From a virus, in IMG/VR virus record IMGVR_UViG_3300045988_107608, positions 16,948 through 80,947 of that record: 64,000 bases of DNA, one strand, 5' to 3'. Both the position numbers and the translations under genes were made by a program. Below, piece after piece: positions 10,135 to 20,528 of this stretch; the stretch's first letter is position 1, and each line of letters starts with the position of its first letter. The notes beneath the pieces are model-generated. The model ran no database searches. It saw only the letters and a program-made list of their open reading frames with translations, and was not told the origin of the DNA.

Positions 10135-10362
10135 ATGGAAAATAAGGAAGATTACGTTGGTTACGAAGATCAAGAACTGTGTAACCGGTATTACAAAGAG
10201 GCTGAAGCCATGAGGCAAAAGCAGGACTGGTCTCGGCTTAGGGCTGTCCCTGCTCCGGCCAAGGGAACGCCATCGCCCGGCTGGGGTCAGCTTGGACGTG
10301 GAAATGATGTCCGTGTTAAGTATGTTAGCATCAATTCAGGATTAGGAGGAGATAGGTTATGA
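10135..10362 (+). CDS. hypothetical protein
   Basis: 75-aa ORF at the head of a tightly coupled plus-strand operon. Confidence 0.35.
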   Translation: MENKEDYVGYEDQELCNRYYKEAEAMRQKQDWSRLRAVPAPAKGTPSPGWGQLGRGNDVRVKYVSINSGLGGDRL

Positions 10363-10574
10363 CTGTAGAAGAATTGGCTAATAAAAGATACGGTGGCGAA
10401 TTTGTTTTCATGTTTGGTCATCTTGAAGGTAGAACAAGATTCGTTTTTGAATGCTTTGATCCCAGACCTGATCACGAAGGTAAAAACACTTATATGGTTT
10501 CCTATTTTGATAAGGGACTTCGTAGAAGAGATGTGGTAGATGTGCCGTGTTATATGAATATTTTGCCAAAATAA
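10359..10574 (+). CDS. hypothetical protein
   Basis: 71-aa ORF with ATGA overlap to the upstream gene. Confidence 0.4.
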   Translation: MTVEELANKRYGGEFVFMFGHLEGRTRFVFECFDPRPDHEGKNTYMVSYFDKGLRRRDVVDVPCYMNILPK

Positions 10575-10777
10575 TGGAAACATTAATCTTAGATGTACCT
10601 GTATTTTCCGGTAAGATTATTTCTCCTATCTGGATTAAAGCCGTAAGAGATTTTCAATCCAAATCGAAGACAGAAAGAGACTCGTATTGTTTGATTTGTG
10701 GATGTACAGGAGGGTGTAACTTGTGCGATGATATAAGTAAATATAGGATTTCAGAACAATTAAAATATTACAAATAA
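10547..10777 (+). CDS. hypothetical protein
   Basis: 76-aa ORF. Confidence 0.35.
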   Translation: MLYEYFAKIMETLILDVPVFSGKIISPIWIKAVRDFQSKSKTERDSYCLICGCTGGCNLCDDISKYRISEQLKYYK

Positions 10778-11508
10778 TGGAATTAAAAGATTCAGTCAGG
10801 GTAATGACTAAAGAAGAGTTCGAATCAGCAATCAACGAAGATATTAAATTCGTTGAAAGAATTAAGCATTTTTTTAAACATGATGATGCTACGAGGGTAA
10901 TGGAACACGTAAAGTCCGTGTTAGAGGCATCAGTAGACTACCACTACCCGAATCATCCTGAACCTGAAGCAGAACCTGGAGACATGGGAGAGGTTTCTGA
11001 TGGATACCATACTTTCAATGAATTGTATCGGTACCGCATGTTGTATAATGCCGCCTTCTTTAATCTATTAGCCAGAAACGGACAGGTTGAAGTTTGCAAA
11101 TCAAGGAGACACAGCGATGGAGAAAAATGCTTCGGTTCTGATGATTGGTTTATTGTGATGGCGATCCTACCTACCGGTCAGGTATCTAATCACTATGAAA
11201 GCAAATACTGGGATTTGTTTGATGTTCCTGAAAGAGAAACCGCTTTCGAATACGATGGCCATACACCAAATGAAGCCTCCGACAGACTTGAAAAGTATCT
11301 CAAACTGCCTCGTCATGGCATGACATTCGAACAGGCTTTAGAACGGCTTAAATTAGGTCGTAAGATAAAAAGAATCGATTGGGGTAAAAAGTATATCTGT
11401 ATGTTTGACGTAAATATATTGATGATAGATACAGGTCAAAAAGTAGCATCAAATTGGAATCCAACCGAACATGATATTATGTCTAATGACTGGGAGATTG
11501 CGGGATGA
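10777..11508 (+). CDS. hypothetical protein
   Basis: 243-aa ORF, coupled to its neighbours. Confidence 0.5.
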   Translation: MELKDSVRVMTKEEFESAINEDIKFVERIKHFFKHDDATRVMEHVKSVLEASVDYHYPNHPEPEAEPGDMGEVSDGYHTFNELYRYRMLYNAAFFNLLARNGQVEVCKSRRHSDGEKCFGSDDWFIVMAILPTGQVSNHYESKYWDLFDVPERETAFEYDGHTPNEASDRLEKYLKLPRHGMTFEQALERLKLGRKIKRIDWGKKYICMFDVNILMIDTGQKVASNWNPTEHDIMSNDWEIAG

Positions 11509-11780
11509 GTTTGTTTGTTTGTTCAAAATGTGGCTGTATAGATAATACAGCCACATCCTGTTATTGGGCTCTTATAAGACCTTGTAAGAATCGTATTTAC
11601 GATAAGTCGCTAAAGGGATATGAAGGCAAGCCTCTTTGTTCTGAATGTGCCGCTATTGAATATAGTAAGGGAGACGAAGTGGTGGTAGTTCCTGGAACGT
11701 GGCATGGTAAGTTCAAGAAAGAATGGCCTACTGAAGAAGAGAAGAAGCATATTGGTAAAAACGGTATTTTAAATATGTAA
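11505..11780 (+). CDS. small zinc-ribbon protein
   Basis: CSKCGC...CSEC cysteine pairs. 91 aa. Confidence 0.45.
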   Translation: MSLFVCSKCGCIDNTATSCYWALIRPCKNRIYDKSLKGYEGKPLCSECAAIEYSKGDEVVVVPGTWHGKFKKEWPTEEEKKHIGKNGILNM

Positions 11781-11783
11781 ATT

Positions 11784-12089
11784 ATGTGTGATAAGGAAAT
11801 TGTTGTATGCGCAGCTATATGGGTTCAAGATCACAAGAACAAGCCTCACGGTCCAGTAAACATACCATCCGGAACCGTATTTTGTGGATTGAGACATTGT
11901 TCTATCATTTCTCAGTTTGCAGCTTATGGTATTGCTCATAAAAACCGCAGTGTTCAAGGATTTTTGACAAGCAAGAATCGGTTTCTAACAAGAGAGGAGG
12001 CATCTGCTCTTGTTAAGAGCAATAATCAGGAAATGGTAGTAGATAGGAGTGCCATTAGAGAACAATTGTATTCAGAAGATCTATATTAA
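11784..12089 (+). CDS. hypothetical protein
   Basis: 101-aa ORF. Confidence 0.45.
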   Translation: MCDKEIVVCAAIWVQDHKNKPHGPVNIPSGTVFCGLRHCSIISQFAAYGIAHKNRSVQGFLTSKNRFLTREEASALVKSNNQEMVVDRSAIREQLYSEDLY

Positions 12090-12106
12090 CTAAAAAACAA
12101 AATAAC

Positions 12107-12460
12107 ATGGGGTTTAAAATCAAAAAGTCAATCACTTATGATATGATGGACGACAGTCGGGTAGAGTACGAATTTGATAATACCAATGATTTAAATCATA
12201 TCATATTTAAAGGTAATTGTAGAGAACCTTTTTCATTCAGCAGAGTACTTGTTGAAGAATTAATTAAGACATTTGAAACCATACGGGATAGATACTCTGA
12301 TAATTATGAACTTAAGGTCTATCTTTACAATTGTATAATTCAACTGAGCGTAAATCCAAAGGATCCCAGTGAATCCTTTTTTGGCGTATATGATAGAGAT
12401 GAGATGAAATTGATATACGGAATAAAGATCAGTATTCTGAAAGGAATGTTTGGCATATGA
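12107..12460 (+). CDS. hypothetical protein
   Basis: 117-aa ORF. Confidence 0.45.
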   Translation: MGFKIKKSITYDMMDDSRVEYEFDNTNDLNHIIFKGNCREPFSFSRVLVEELIKTFETIRDRYSDNYELKVYLYNCIIQLSVNPKDPSESFFGVYDRDEMKLIYGIKISILKGMFGI

Positions 12461-12777
12461 TGACTAAACAAGATATACAAGCAGCAGCATCGTATGTTTT
12501 CCGAAGCAGTTTTGTCTCGGAGGACCAGACAAGGAAAACAATGGTAAAAGCCGGCAATAACGCTACCAAGATCCTCGTCAAGACCTTTAGAGGCAAATTG
12601 TTCAAGAAAGCTTTTGAAAGAGCCCGTAGAGGAAAGGATATCAGTTCTTTTGAAAGACAGGAAAAAGAAAGTGGTTTCAATTTTCTTTACAATCCTAATA
12701 ATGGTCGTATGCAAAGCGGTCATATTATAATAGATGGAATTGGTCTGTTTAAACAAATAATGAAGTCGGGTACGTGA
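12457..12777 (+). CDS. hypothetical basic protein
   Basis: 106-aa ORF with ATGA overlap. Confidence 0.4.
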   Translation: MMTKQDIQAAASYVFRSSFVSEDQTRKTMVKAGNNATKILVKTFRGKLFKKAFERARRGKDISSFERQEKESGFNFLYNPNNGRMQSGHIIIDGIGLFKQIMKSGT

Positions 12778-13130
12778 GTTATCCGACTTTTTCGTATATT
12801 TGTGGCATGGCAAAAGGTTATTATTGGATACCACAAACAGATGAAACGTTAAATGGCATAAGCTATTACGTGACTAAGGTAGTAGGAGATATAGTGTTTG
12901 ATACTAAACGAAAAAGAATAGTGTTTCAAACTACCAGGTATTTCCCAGTAGGCTCCGTATTCCATTTTACCCACAACTGCTTTAAATACGTCATAACCTG
13001 CCGGCTCCGTAAGCCGGGGCTGTGGTATGAGGCAAGGAGGGAAGACTGCGGACCTATTGGACCGGATGATGTGGAAAGGTTCGAATCAGGAAGGTTTATT
13101 CATAGAAATGGGTACAAATATAATGCGTAA
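12774..13130 (+). CDS. hypothetical protein
   Basis: 118-aa ORF with ATGA overlap, followed by a terminator. Confidence 0.45.
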   Translation: MSYPTFSYICGMAKGYYWIPQTDETLNGISYYVTKVVGDIVFDTKRKRIVFQTTRYFPVGSVFHFTHNCFKYVITCRLRKPGLWYEARREDCGPIGPDDVERFESGRFIHRNGYKYNA

Positions 13131-13182
13131 GCGTAACTTGACGATTTACGTCAGATTATAATTATTTTTTCATATGTATATT

Positions 13183-13220
13183 AAGCCGTCAGACTGGGAA
13201 GTTAGACGGCTTTGTTTTTA
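13183..13220 (+). terminator. rho-independent terminator
   Basis: aagccgtc ... gacggctt 8-bp stem followed by tgttttta. Confidence 0.55.
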
Positions 13221-13240
13221 TCATGTGCCTGATTTTTAAT

Positions 13241-13248
13241 TACCTTTG
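13241..13248 (+). promoter_or_regulatory. Bacteroidota-type -7 promoter element (TAnnTTTG)
   Basis: TACCTTTG lies 23 nt upstream of the ATG at 13271. Confidence 0.35.
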
Positions 13249-13270
13249 TGTCAAAACAAAATAAATTCTT

Positions 13271-16200
13271 ATGGCGTCAACGTGTATTATTAAAAGAGAT
13301 AATAAAAAGAAAGTTGTTTCTGTCTCTACCAGATCAGGGGACAGGTCTATGTTGTTTGATAAAATAGCATCTATTCCTCTTATGGAAAATAGGGAGCGGG
13401 CTACTACTGTTTTTAAAACCGTATTTTCTAATAAGTTCTTAAAGGCTTTTGGCGACTGGAGAAAGAGAGTGCCTATCAACAAACCGGCTTATAATAAGGT
13501 AAAATCCAACATCGATCTTATTCCGGAAGCCTATAGAGAAAGGGTGCTGGATAAGGCTTCTAAGATGAGTAATCCTGTTCTTGTGTCAAAATCAGATGCA
13601 CCTTATGAAATCCGAGAATCGGGCTTTGGATTCTACAGCCAAAATCTGGGTGATAATATTATGTTGGTGGATGCTATGGTTCCGTCAAGTATTTCCGTAC
13701 CGGAAGGACCTGGAATAGACGCCGGTCAGTATCTACAAGATACTATATCTTCGGACTTCACCCCCGTATCTATGGTACAGGATAAGGGTGTTAATTATAT
13801 GGTTATAAAAGACGGTCTTAAGATATTTAGCCCAGAAGAGCTACCAGAAACAGATTCTAATCCTGTGGGTGTAACGTATCAGACCGGAGAGCCTCGTTTG
13901 TTTTTCATGAACGATCGTAGTCAATTATTTGAAGATTACGGAGAAGCTCTTCGCTCTGGCGGGAATGATATTAGAATAGGATTCTTATCCGGCACCGTTC
14001 AAGAATCTACCGTGGATGGCGTGGCAGACATTACTTACAAGGCTGGAAAGTATGTTCTTAATAATCCCAAGTCTTTTATACCGGTCATGACCGCTTCTGC
14101 TTCTACTTCTTTATCAACGAAAGGCGGGATAATTAACTACCTTATAAAGAAAGGTCTTTTGTCCGGATCCAAGATATTCGATCCTGAAACAAGGAGCTAT
14201 TATCTTACAGGAGAAGGACATACAGGACAAATTAGACTTTTCAATTCAGCATTATCCTACACCGAGCTCCGTAATCATTTTGGTTCCGATGTTTCCATGA
14301 ACGACCAAGGTATGATAACCATAAGCTCGTTGGATAATAGTAAGGTAACTATGAGGCTCGCTACCGGAGGAACGGAGAGGGTTAGCAAGGAACAGATAAA
14401 GAACGATCTCAAGTCAGGAAGATACAATGAATTGGACGCCAAGTACGATCATTTTGATGCGCTTGTAGTTTCATTCATATTAGAAGACAACGATCTTTAT
14501 GCTGATACTAAAGCTAAGATCGTATCAGATTATAGCAGGCAGGAACGTGACCAACGAAATTCTATTGTCGAGATACTGAAAACTCTTGGCGTTAGTGTCA
14601 TAGGTATGACCGATTATATAGAGAAGTACCAAACCAAATACGGGCACGAACCTTCTGCTAAGGCATTGGCGGATATTGCCAATAACGTAATAGCAGTTGG
14701 TGAAGATGCTACTTTATCTGATTTAGTAGAAGAAACAGCCCACTTCCTTGTAGAGGCATACAGAGATCAGAATGCTGTTGAGGCTGTTCTGCAAGATGTG
14801 GAAGGTACGGAAGAGTGGAACCAGTATGCAGGTCAGTATTATAATACATACGGTAAGGTATATGAAGGAGCTGAGCTTGATAATGCTGTTAGGAGAGAAA
14901 TTCTAGGAAAGATCCTCGCCAGGGAGATGCAGACCGGCACAGCACAGGCGCCGGTAGAGCCCACCTCCTTCCTGGGGCGCGTCCGGCGGCTTTTCTCTGG
15001 AATAGTAAGCTGGCTTAAATCAGCTTTATCAACCCAAAGACAAGATTTGAATAACGTTATTAAAAACATTCGTGATCTTGCCATTACTGACATAGATAAA
15101 GGATTTGACACTTCTCTGTTAAAGGATAATGACTTTACATTATACTCCCTTTCTTCTATGAACAAGAACAAGTTTCTTGAGTCTAAGATCCGGGCATTGA
15201 GAAAAACGTTAAGAGACTTACGTCAGATAAGCTCTGATAGGGCTGTAACTACGTCTATGACCCTTGCTCAGCTTAAGACCATAGAAGATAAGATAAATAA
15301 GGTAGAGACCGAAATAGACAAGAATGAGATGGCGGCTGCCATGAACAGCATGATCTCTACAGCCGAAGCTCAGGTCAGATACTTAAGCAATGTGGTGAAC
15401 ACCATCCTTCATGGTGATACCAAAGACGGTAAGCTTCACTTCAATACCAATGATCGAAAGAACGTAGATATTATCAACAATCAGGTTCTTCCGATCATGA
15501 ACGATCTTCGAGGATATATCCGTAACAGAAGTACCGAATTTGATGAACGTGAAAAGCAGGATTATACAAATAGGATCAATACCGTCATTGCCGACATCAA
15601 TGGTATTCAGTCTGATATTAAATCAGTACAAGACCTTGATGAAAGTACGTTGCTTGATAAGTTAATGAACGAACTTCATGTGCCGGCAGATAAGGTAAAG
15701 AGAGTAAAAGAATTTTTCGACAAGGTTCAACACGATGTTTCTTGGATAAGTAGGTGGTTCGGTATATTAGAGCATTCTTCCAGTCCGTTCAATAACGCTC
15801 TTGGAGCTATGATTGCCAAAGACAATTACAATGCGATGGTGAATGCCCAGCCCGCCATATCCGATTTCCTGGCATATGCGAAAAAGCATGGTTTTAACAA
15901 ATCTGAATTTGAAAAACTGCTTCAGAAAGTAGACGGCAAAACTTCTAATTACCTTCGTAGTGCTCTTGATATGGCTAAATACGATCGTAATAAGAAGCTG
16001 GCGCAGATGCGAGCGTTTGCGACTGCCATGAACATAGAGATATCAGAAGAAGAAATTGGTGATGTGGTTGACAATAACCGTAATTACGTATTTAAAAGAG
16101 AAGTAGTTGACAAGGATGGAAATACGGTTACTGAAAACGCTAAATTCAAACCATCGTCTGATAGGGTTAATACCGATATTTTTACCATCGAGCAGGAAAA

Positions 16201-19200
16201 GATCTATACAGAGCAGATGGAAAAGTGGGATGCTGAAAATTCGGAACTGGAATTTAGCGAAAGTTATGCCACAAGAATGGAATCCATATACAAAAAGGCT
16301 GAAGAAGAATTAGGGTATCCGGTTTCTCAAACAACCAAAGAATATCTTAATGCCCTATCCCGGCAAAAACGGATATTGAGGCAGCCTTTTATTGATAGCG
16401 GTGGTAATTTTGATGAGGTTGCCTATTTTAAAAGCAGCAATTACGAAGAAGAAGGACTGCTTCGTAAACAACGTAAGGAAGCAGCTTCAGAATACATATA
16501 TGTAGGAACCAGGAGAGTGGAAAAAACCGGCGACCAACTTAAGATGGCCAAAGAAATACAAGCTATAAATGAAGTTTGGAGAAAGGAATCAAATAATGCC
16601 ACTAATGCCGTATCAGAATCGTTTTTGCAAAAATTAAGAACGATTCAGAGCGAGTCTGGAGGAGAAGCTGCGCTGAAGACACTTATGTTGGGAGGTCACC
16701 TGTCATTCAACGATCGGTTTTGGAATGATGTAGAATCAGAACAGTCGGCACGTACCGAATCAAATAACAAGGCTTCGTATCTTAAAATGGCGCATGATAT
16801 CATTAGTTCTACGACAAGTGATAGAGATGCGACTGACGTGGATTCTATTGTGAAAGATATAGAAAAAAATAAGGCTATTATCAAGGAAATAATCGGAAAC
16901 AATCGCGATGTGGCTGATATCGGAGAAATTAACGAAGCGACATTTACCTCATCCGAAAGAGATGCTTTTAGGGCCGCATCTGAAGCTATTGAAGCCGATT
17001 ACACTATTTTGATAGATTATGCTAAGATGGTGGGTCTTGAAGATATTGATAAGTACCTTACTAAAAGCAGTAAGGCTGAAAACGAAGTAAATCAGTCTTA
17101 TTTAAATGCTCTTGCTGACTCCAAGGAAGTGGAATGGAAGTTCGTACAACGTCATACTACGGCGAAGAAAGCAAAAAGGATTCAGGCTTTAAGGGATAAG
17201 CTGTTTAAGGCTGCTGATAACCGATATCTGTTTACCGTATCTGAAACCAACTACCTGTCAGAAAAGCTTGGTATAAGCAAAGAATTAGACGGTAGAGATT
17301 TCAGGAATGCTGTTAATGCTAAGATGGCCAGCTTATTTTTAAATAATACAAGAGAAGAGGGCGTAGAAGAAGCTAATGCTATTGTTAATGAATTTGCCAG
17401 AAGCCAGGTTTTTTCGTACTATAAACGCATGGCGCCTACCGGATATGCAGCTATGATCGACAAAATCGGTCGAGGTGAGATAGATGTGGCGCAAATGGTT
17501 AAGGACGTACAAAACGGTACATCCACCCAAGATTATGGCATGGACATATCGTACTTGTCTTTCGACCCTGCAAGGGCATGGGTGGCTGAATCTGAAGCCG
17601 AAAATAGCGGTCGTAATCCTGATTATGTAAAAGATCATGGGTATGGTCATCGAATGCCTAAGAAAAGCCTGTATCGTGACGAATCGTATTTCAATGACTT
17701 TGGTATCAAGTATGATGCTGACGGTAATGAGGTTGCTACTAAAAACGTAGAGCAGTGGAATATGATTCAAAAACTCAAGGAAATAAAAAGACAATCCCTT
17801 GATCTATACAAAGAGCAGAGCCCGAACCTGTATGCTATTCCACAGATATCCAAACAAGATATAGAACGTGTAGAAGGATTGGGTATTAACTTCAAAAATA
17901 CGGTTCGTAATTTTGTATCAGATCTGTGCCTGGACAGAGTAGACGATTCTCTATATGGTAAGACCAGGCAAGGAGAAGTGTATGATCCAGAAGACAGGCT
18001 TAGGTCTATACCTAAATACTACATATATGAATTGGAGAACCAAGATGATGTATCTCACGATTTTGGCTACTCTTATTCGATGCTTATGATGCAATCATCG
18101 TTATACAACGAAAAGCAGAAGTCTATAGAGCTTGCCCAAGGACTGGAGCAGATGTTACTAAATAAACAATTTGAAGGTGGTAAAAAGGCTGAAGCAACCC
18201 AAGCATATCAGATGTTCAGGGACTTCTTCAACGATCATTATTATGGCATTAGGATGAACACCAAAAAACTTACGGTGAACATCGGAGGATATACGGTAGA
18301 CCTTACAAGAATTATGATGGCTGTTGAAAGATTTATGTCGGTTATGAACTTGGCACTGTCTCCGTTTGTGGCAGCTACCGGCGCCCTGACAGGCCATATC
18401 AACCTCATCATGGAATCAGCCGTAGGACAGTATATAAGCAAAGATTCCCTTAAATACGCATCGGCTGAGTTTTCCCGTCTTGCGCCATCTTGTATAGCAG
18501 AAACCGGAGACATAGATAGGAAAAGCAAATTATATGTCATAGGTGAGAGAATGGGGATATTCAATATCCGAAATCGTATGTATGGTGCCGGATACAATAG
18601 AGCGGCCAGGACCTTAATGCGTTCGCCTATGTATGCTTTTATGGAAATCCTGAACTACCCTCTTGATCCGCAGGTTATGATTGCTACTATGGACAATGTT
18701 CGTTATTACAAAGGCCGGTTCTACACGTTCCAAGATTTCAAGATGGAAAAAGAACGCAATAAAGAACAGAGTACCATAAAAAGAGAATGGAACGCATTAA
18801 AAGATCGTACTTTATGGAGTATGGTAGACGTCGTGGATGGAAAGGTGGTTGTAAAGCCGGGATCGGGTGTTACTGTTGAGGAAGTTGAAACCCAGATGGC
18901 TATAACCAGGAATCAAGTCCGTAGCTTGTCGCAGATATGTAACGGATCTTTGAATGAAGAAAACCGAACTGCCGCATCGCGCAACTGGATAGCCAGGTTC
19001 ATGACCGCCCACCGAGGATGGTTGGTGCTGGCGGCTCAACGTCTGTGGAAAAGACGTGGCTTCAATTTCCAGACAATGCAAGAAGAGGAAGGGTTGTCAA
19101 TTACGTTAAAGAATATGATAGCCAAAACATTTAGCTTAGCTTCCGAGTCTGGTATGAAAAACATCATAGATGCCTGGAACGAAAATAAAGACAATATGAA

Positions 19201-19693
19201 TGAGGTAGAGAAAACCAATATAAAACGTCTCAGTGTCTATGCCGGCACGTTCCTTATCATGCAAGCCGTATCCATGCTTCTTGCCGGATGGCGTGATGAT
19301 GATGAAAACGAAGAAAGTTGGCTTACTCAATTTGGATCCTATGTCGGATTCAGAACCATAAACGAAATAGCTTCACAGATGCCGTTTATTATGGAGCTTA
19401 ACGTTGTAGATATCATTAACGACCCGTTTGTCATGGGGCGGAAGTTGAAGGATCTTACTGATCTTAGGAATTACTCACTTGATAAAGTAACATCCGGCAC
19501 ATACAAAGGAGAGTCTAAGTTATTTAGGCAACTCGCCAAACAGACGTTTATCAAACAATGGTATAATATCAAGACGCCGGAAGACGTAGCGCGTGCCTAT
19601 AACTGGTGGCAGCAGACGAACAACAAGTCAATGATGTTTTTCATCGGTGCCACTCCTGATTCAGAAGGAGACGATGATGTGAGCTACAAGTAG
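13271..19693 (+). CDS. very large protein (2140 aa), probably virion-associated (tail or ejected protein); function not assignable
   Basis: 6.4-kb intact ORF with coiled-coil-rich middle. No polymerase or other catalytic motif recognised by eye. Confidence 0.7.
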   Translation: MASTCIIKRDNKKKVVSVSTRSGDRSMLFDKIASIPLMENRERATTVFKTVFSNKFLKAFGDWRKRVPINKPAYNKVKSNIDLIPEAYRERVLDKASKMSNPVLVSKSDAPYEIRESGFGFYSQNLGDNIMLVDAMVPSSISVPEGPGIDAGQYLQDTISSDFTPVSMVQDKGVNYMVIKDGLKIFSPEELPETDSNPVGVTYQTGEPRLFFMNDRSQLFEDYGEALRSGGNDIRIGFLSGTVQESTVDGVADITYKAGKYVLNNPKSFIPVMTASASTSLSTKGGIINYLIKKGLLSGSKIFDPETRSYYLTGEGHTGQIRLFNSALSYTELRNHFGSDVSMNDQGMITISSLDNSKVTMRLATGGTERVSKEQIKNDLKSGRYNELDAKYDHFDALVVSFILEDNDLYADTKAKIVSDYSRQERDQRNSIVEILKTLGVSVIGMTDYIEKYQTKYGHEPSAKALADIANNVIAVGEDATLSDLVEETAHFLVEAYRDQNAVEAVLQDVEGTEEWNQYAGQYYNTYGKVYEGAELDNAVRREILGKILAREMQTGTAQAPVEPTSFLGRVRRLFSGIVSWLKSALSTQRQDLNNVIKNIRDLAITDIDKGFDTSLLKDNDFTLYSLSSMNKNKFLESKIRALRKTLRDLRQISSDRAVTTSMTLAQLKTIEDKINKVETEIDKNEMAAAMNSMISTAEAQVRYLSNVVNTILHGDTKDGKLHFNTNDRKNVDIINNQVLPIMNDLRGYIRNRSTEFDEREKQDYTNRINTVIADINGIQSDIKSVQDLDESTLLDKLMNELHVPADKVKRVKEFFDKVQHDVSWISRWFGILEHSSSPFNNALGAMIAKDNYNAMVNAQPAISDFLAYAKKHGFNKSEFEKLLQKVDGKTSNYLRSALDMAKYDRNKKLAQMRAFATAMNIEISEEEIGDVVDNNRNYVFKREVVDKDGNTVTENAKFKPSSDRVNTDIFTIEQEKIYTEQMEKWDAENSELEFSESYATRMESIYKKAEEELGYPVSQTTKEYLNALSRQKRILRQPFIDSGGNFDEVAYFKSSNYEEEGLLRKQRKEAASEYIYVGTRRVEKTGDQLKMAKEIQAINEVWRKESNNATNAVSESFLQKLRTIQSESGGEAALKTLMLGGHLSFNDRFWNDVESEQSARTESNNKASYLKMAHDIISSTTSDRDATDVDSIVKDIEKNKAIIKEIIGNNRDVADIGEINEATFTSSERDAFRAASEAIEADYTILIDYAKMVGLEDIDKYLTKSSKAENEVNQSYLNALADSKEVEWKFVQRHTTAKKAKRIQALRDKLFKAADNRYLFTVSETNYLSEKLGISKELDGRDFRNAVNAKMASLFLNNTREEGVEEANAIVNEFARSQVFSYYKRMAPTGYAAMIDKIGRGEIDVAQMVKDVQNGTSTQDYGMDISYLSFDPARAWVAESEAENSGRNPDYVKDHGYGHRMPKKSLYRDESYFNDFGIKYDADGNEVATKNVEQWNMIQKLKEIKRQSLDLYKEQSPNLYAIPQISKQDIERVEGLGINFKNTVRNFVSDLCLDRVDDSLYGKTRQGEVYDPEDRLRSIPKYYIYELENQDDVSHDFGYSYSMLMMQSSLYNEKQKSIELAQGLEQMLLNKQFEGGKKAEATQAYQMFRDFFNDHYYGIRMNTKKLTVNIGGYTVDLTRIMMAVERFMSVMNLALSPFVAATGALTGHINLIMESAVGQYISKDSLKYASAEFSRLAPSCIAETGDIDRKSKLYVIGERMGIFNIRNRMYGAGYNRAARTLMRSPMYAFMEILNYPLDPQVMIATMDNVRYYKGRFYTFQDFKMEKERNKEQSTIKREWNALKDRTLWSMVDVVDGKVVVKPGSGVTVEEVETQMAITRNQVRSLSQICNGSLNEENRTAASRNWIARFMTAHRGWLVLAAQRLWKRRGFNFQTMQEEEGLSITLKNMIAKTFSLASESGMKNIIDAWNENKDNMNEVEKTNIKRLSVYAGTFLIMQAVSMLLAGWRDDDENEESWLTQFGSYVGFRTINEIASQMPFIMELNVVDIINDPFVMGRKLKDLTDLRNYSLDKVTSGTYKGESKLFRQLAKQTFIKQWYNIKTPEDVARAYNWWQQTNNKSMMFFIGATPDSEGDDDVSYK

Positions 19694-19829
19694 ACGAAGA
19701 ATATCGGACTTGCATTGTTTTTGTATGATTCCAATATGTTATATTAGCATCGTCAAAGAGTAGATTGTACGTTTTTTGTTCTTACTTGAAAGATTATGTA
19801 GGTTAAATTTTTTCTGAAATTGTTTTCTT

Positions 19830-19870
19830 ACCGGTTCTCAGTCAGAGATGATAGGGAACCGGTTTCTTTT
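19830..19870 (+). terminator. rho-independent terminator
   Basis: accggttc / gaaccggt perfect 8-bp stem followed by ttctttt. Confidence 0.5.
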
Positions 19871-19906
19871 ATGTTGTCAATTATTGCTATCTTGCAAACA
19901 AAAATC

Positions 19907-20524
19907 ATGAGACGAAGATTTCAAATAGGGATGGGGGTAAATCCCTCGCTTATAATCAATAAAGGCATATACATCCAACATGTAGATGGAGGATTATATA
20001 CAAAAGAAAATTGGTCTAATAAAGGATATTCCAATGATCTATGCAATGGAATAGCTCTTGTAGATAAAGTGTGTTTTGTTATAGCCACCGAATATATTGG
20101 CACATTTAGTTGGGGTAAGGATGGAAGAGTAGACAATGTATTTGCACAAAATAGTTCTTATATGGAGACCGTTAAAAAGGATTATTGGGGGCGTGAAAAT
20201 CAGAATGCGTATCTTGAATATGATACCAGTAATGAAAATTACGCTTTTAATAAAGCTAATAGCTATTTATTTAAAAATGGTCAAAATGGATATGTAGGTG
20301 GCGCCGGAGAGTTTTTTTTGATATCATTGTATGCGAATGAAATAAACGAATGCCTTTTAATGGTAGGAGGTACGATAATGAGTAATAAAATGTGGACATC
20401 CACTCAATCTACACAATTTACCTATTCGTGGTATTATGATATAAACATCCAAGGAGATCATTTGGATACAAGTACAAGGAGTAATCCACGTTATGTCCGC
20501 CCCTTTACCGAATTAATTTTATGA
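19907..20524 (+). CDS. hypothetical protein (probable start MRRRF at 19907, downstream of the terminator hairpin)
   Basis: The ORF track begins at 19820 but the hairpin sits in that extension. The N-terminus MRRRFQ parallels that of the next gene. Confidence 0.45.
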   Translation: MRRRFQIGMGVNPSLIINKGIYIQHVDGGLYTKENWSNKGYSNDLCNGIALVDKVCFVIATEYIGTFSWGKDGRVDNVFAQNSSYMETVKKDYWGRENQNAYLEYDTSNENYAFNKANSYLFKNGQNGYVGGAGEFFLISLYANEINECLLMVGGTIMSNKMWTSTQSTQFTYSWYYDINIQGDHLDTSTRSNPRYVRPFTELIL

Positions 20525-20528
20525 AATT

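Noticed and set aside
13271-19693. The 2140-aa protein as a crAss-like virion RNA polymerase
   Set aside because: No DxDGD-type catalytic motif or other polymerase signature recognised by eye. Left as a large virion-associated protein.
19820-19906. N-terminal extension of ORF 19820-20524 as given in the track
   Set aside because: The extension overlaps a perfect 8-bp terminator hairpin. The downstream Met (MRRRF, 19907) matches the N-terminus of the paralogous next gene.
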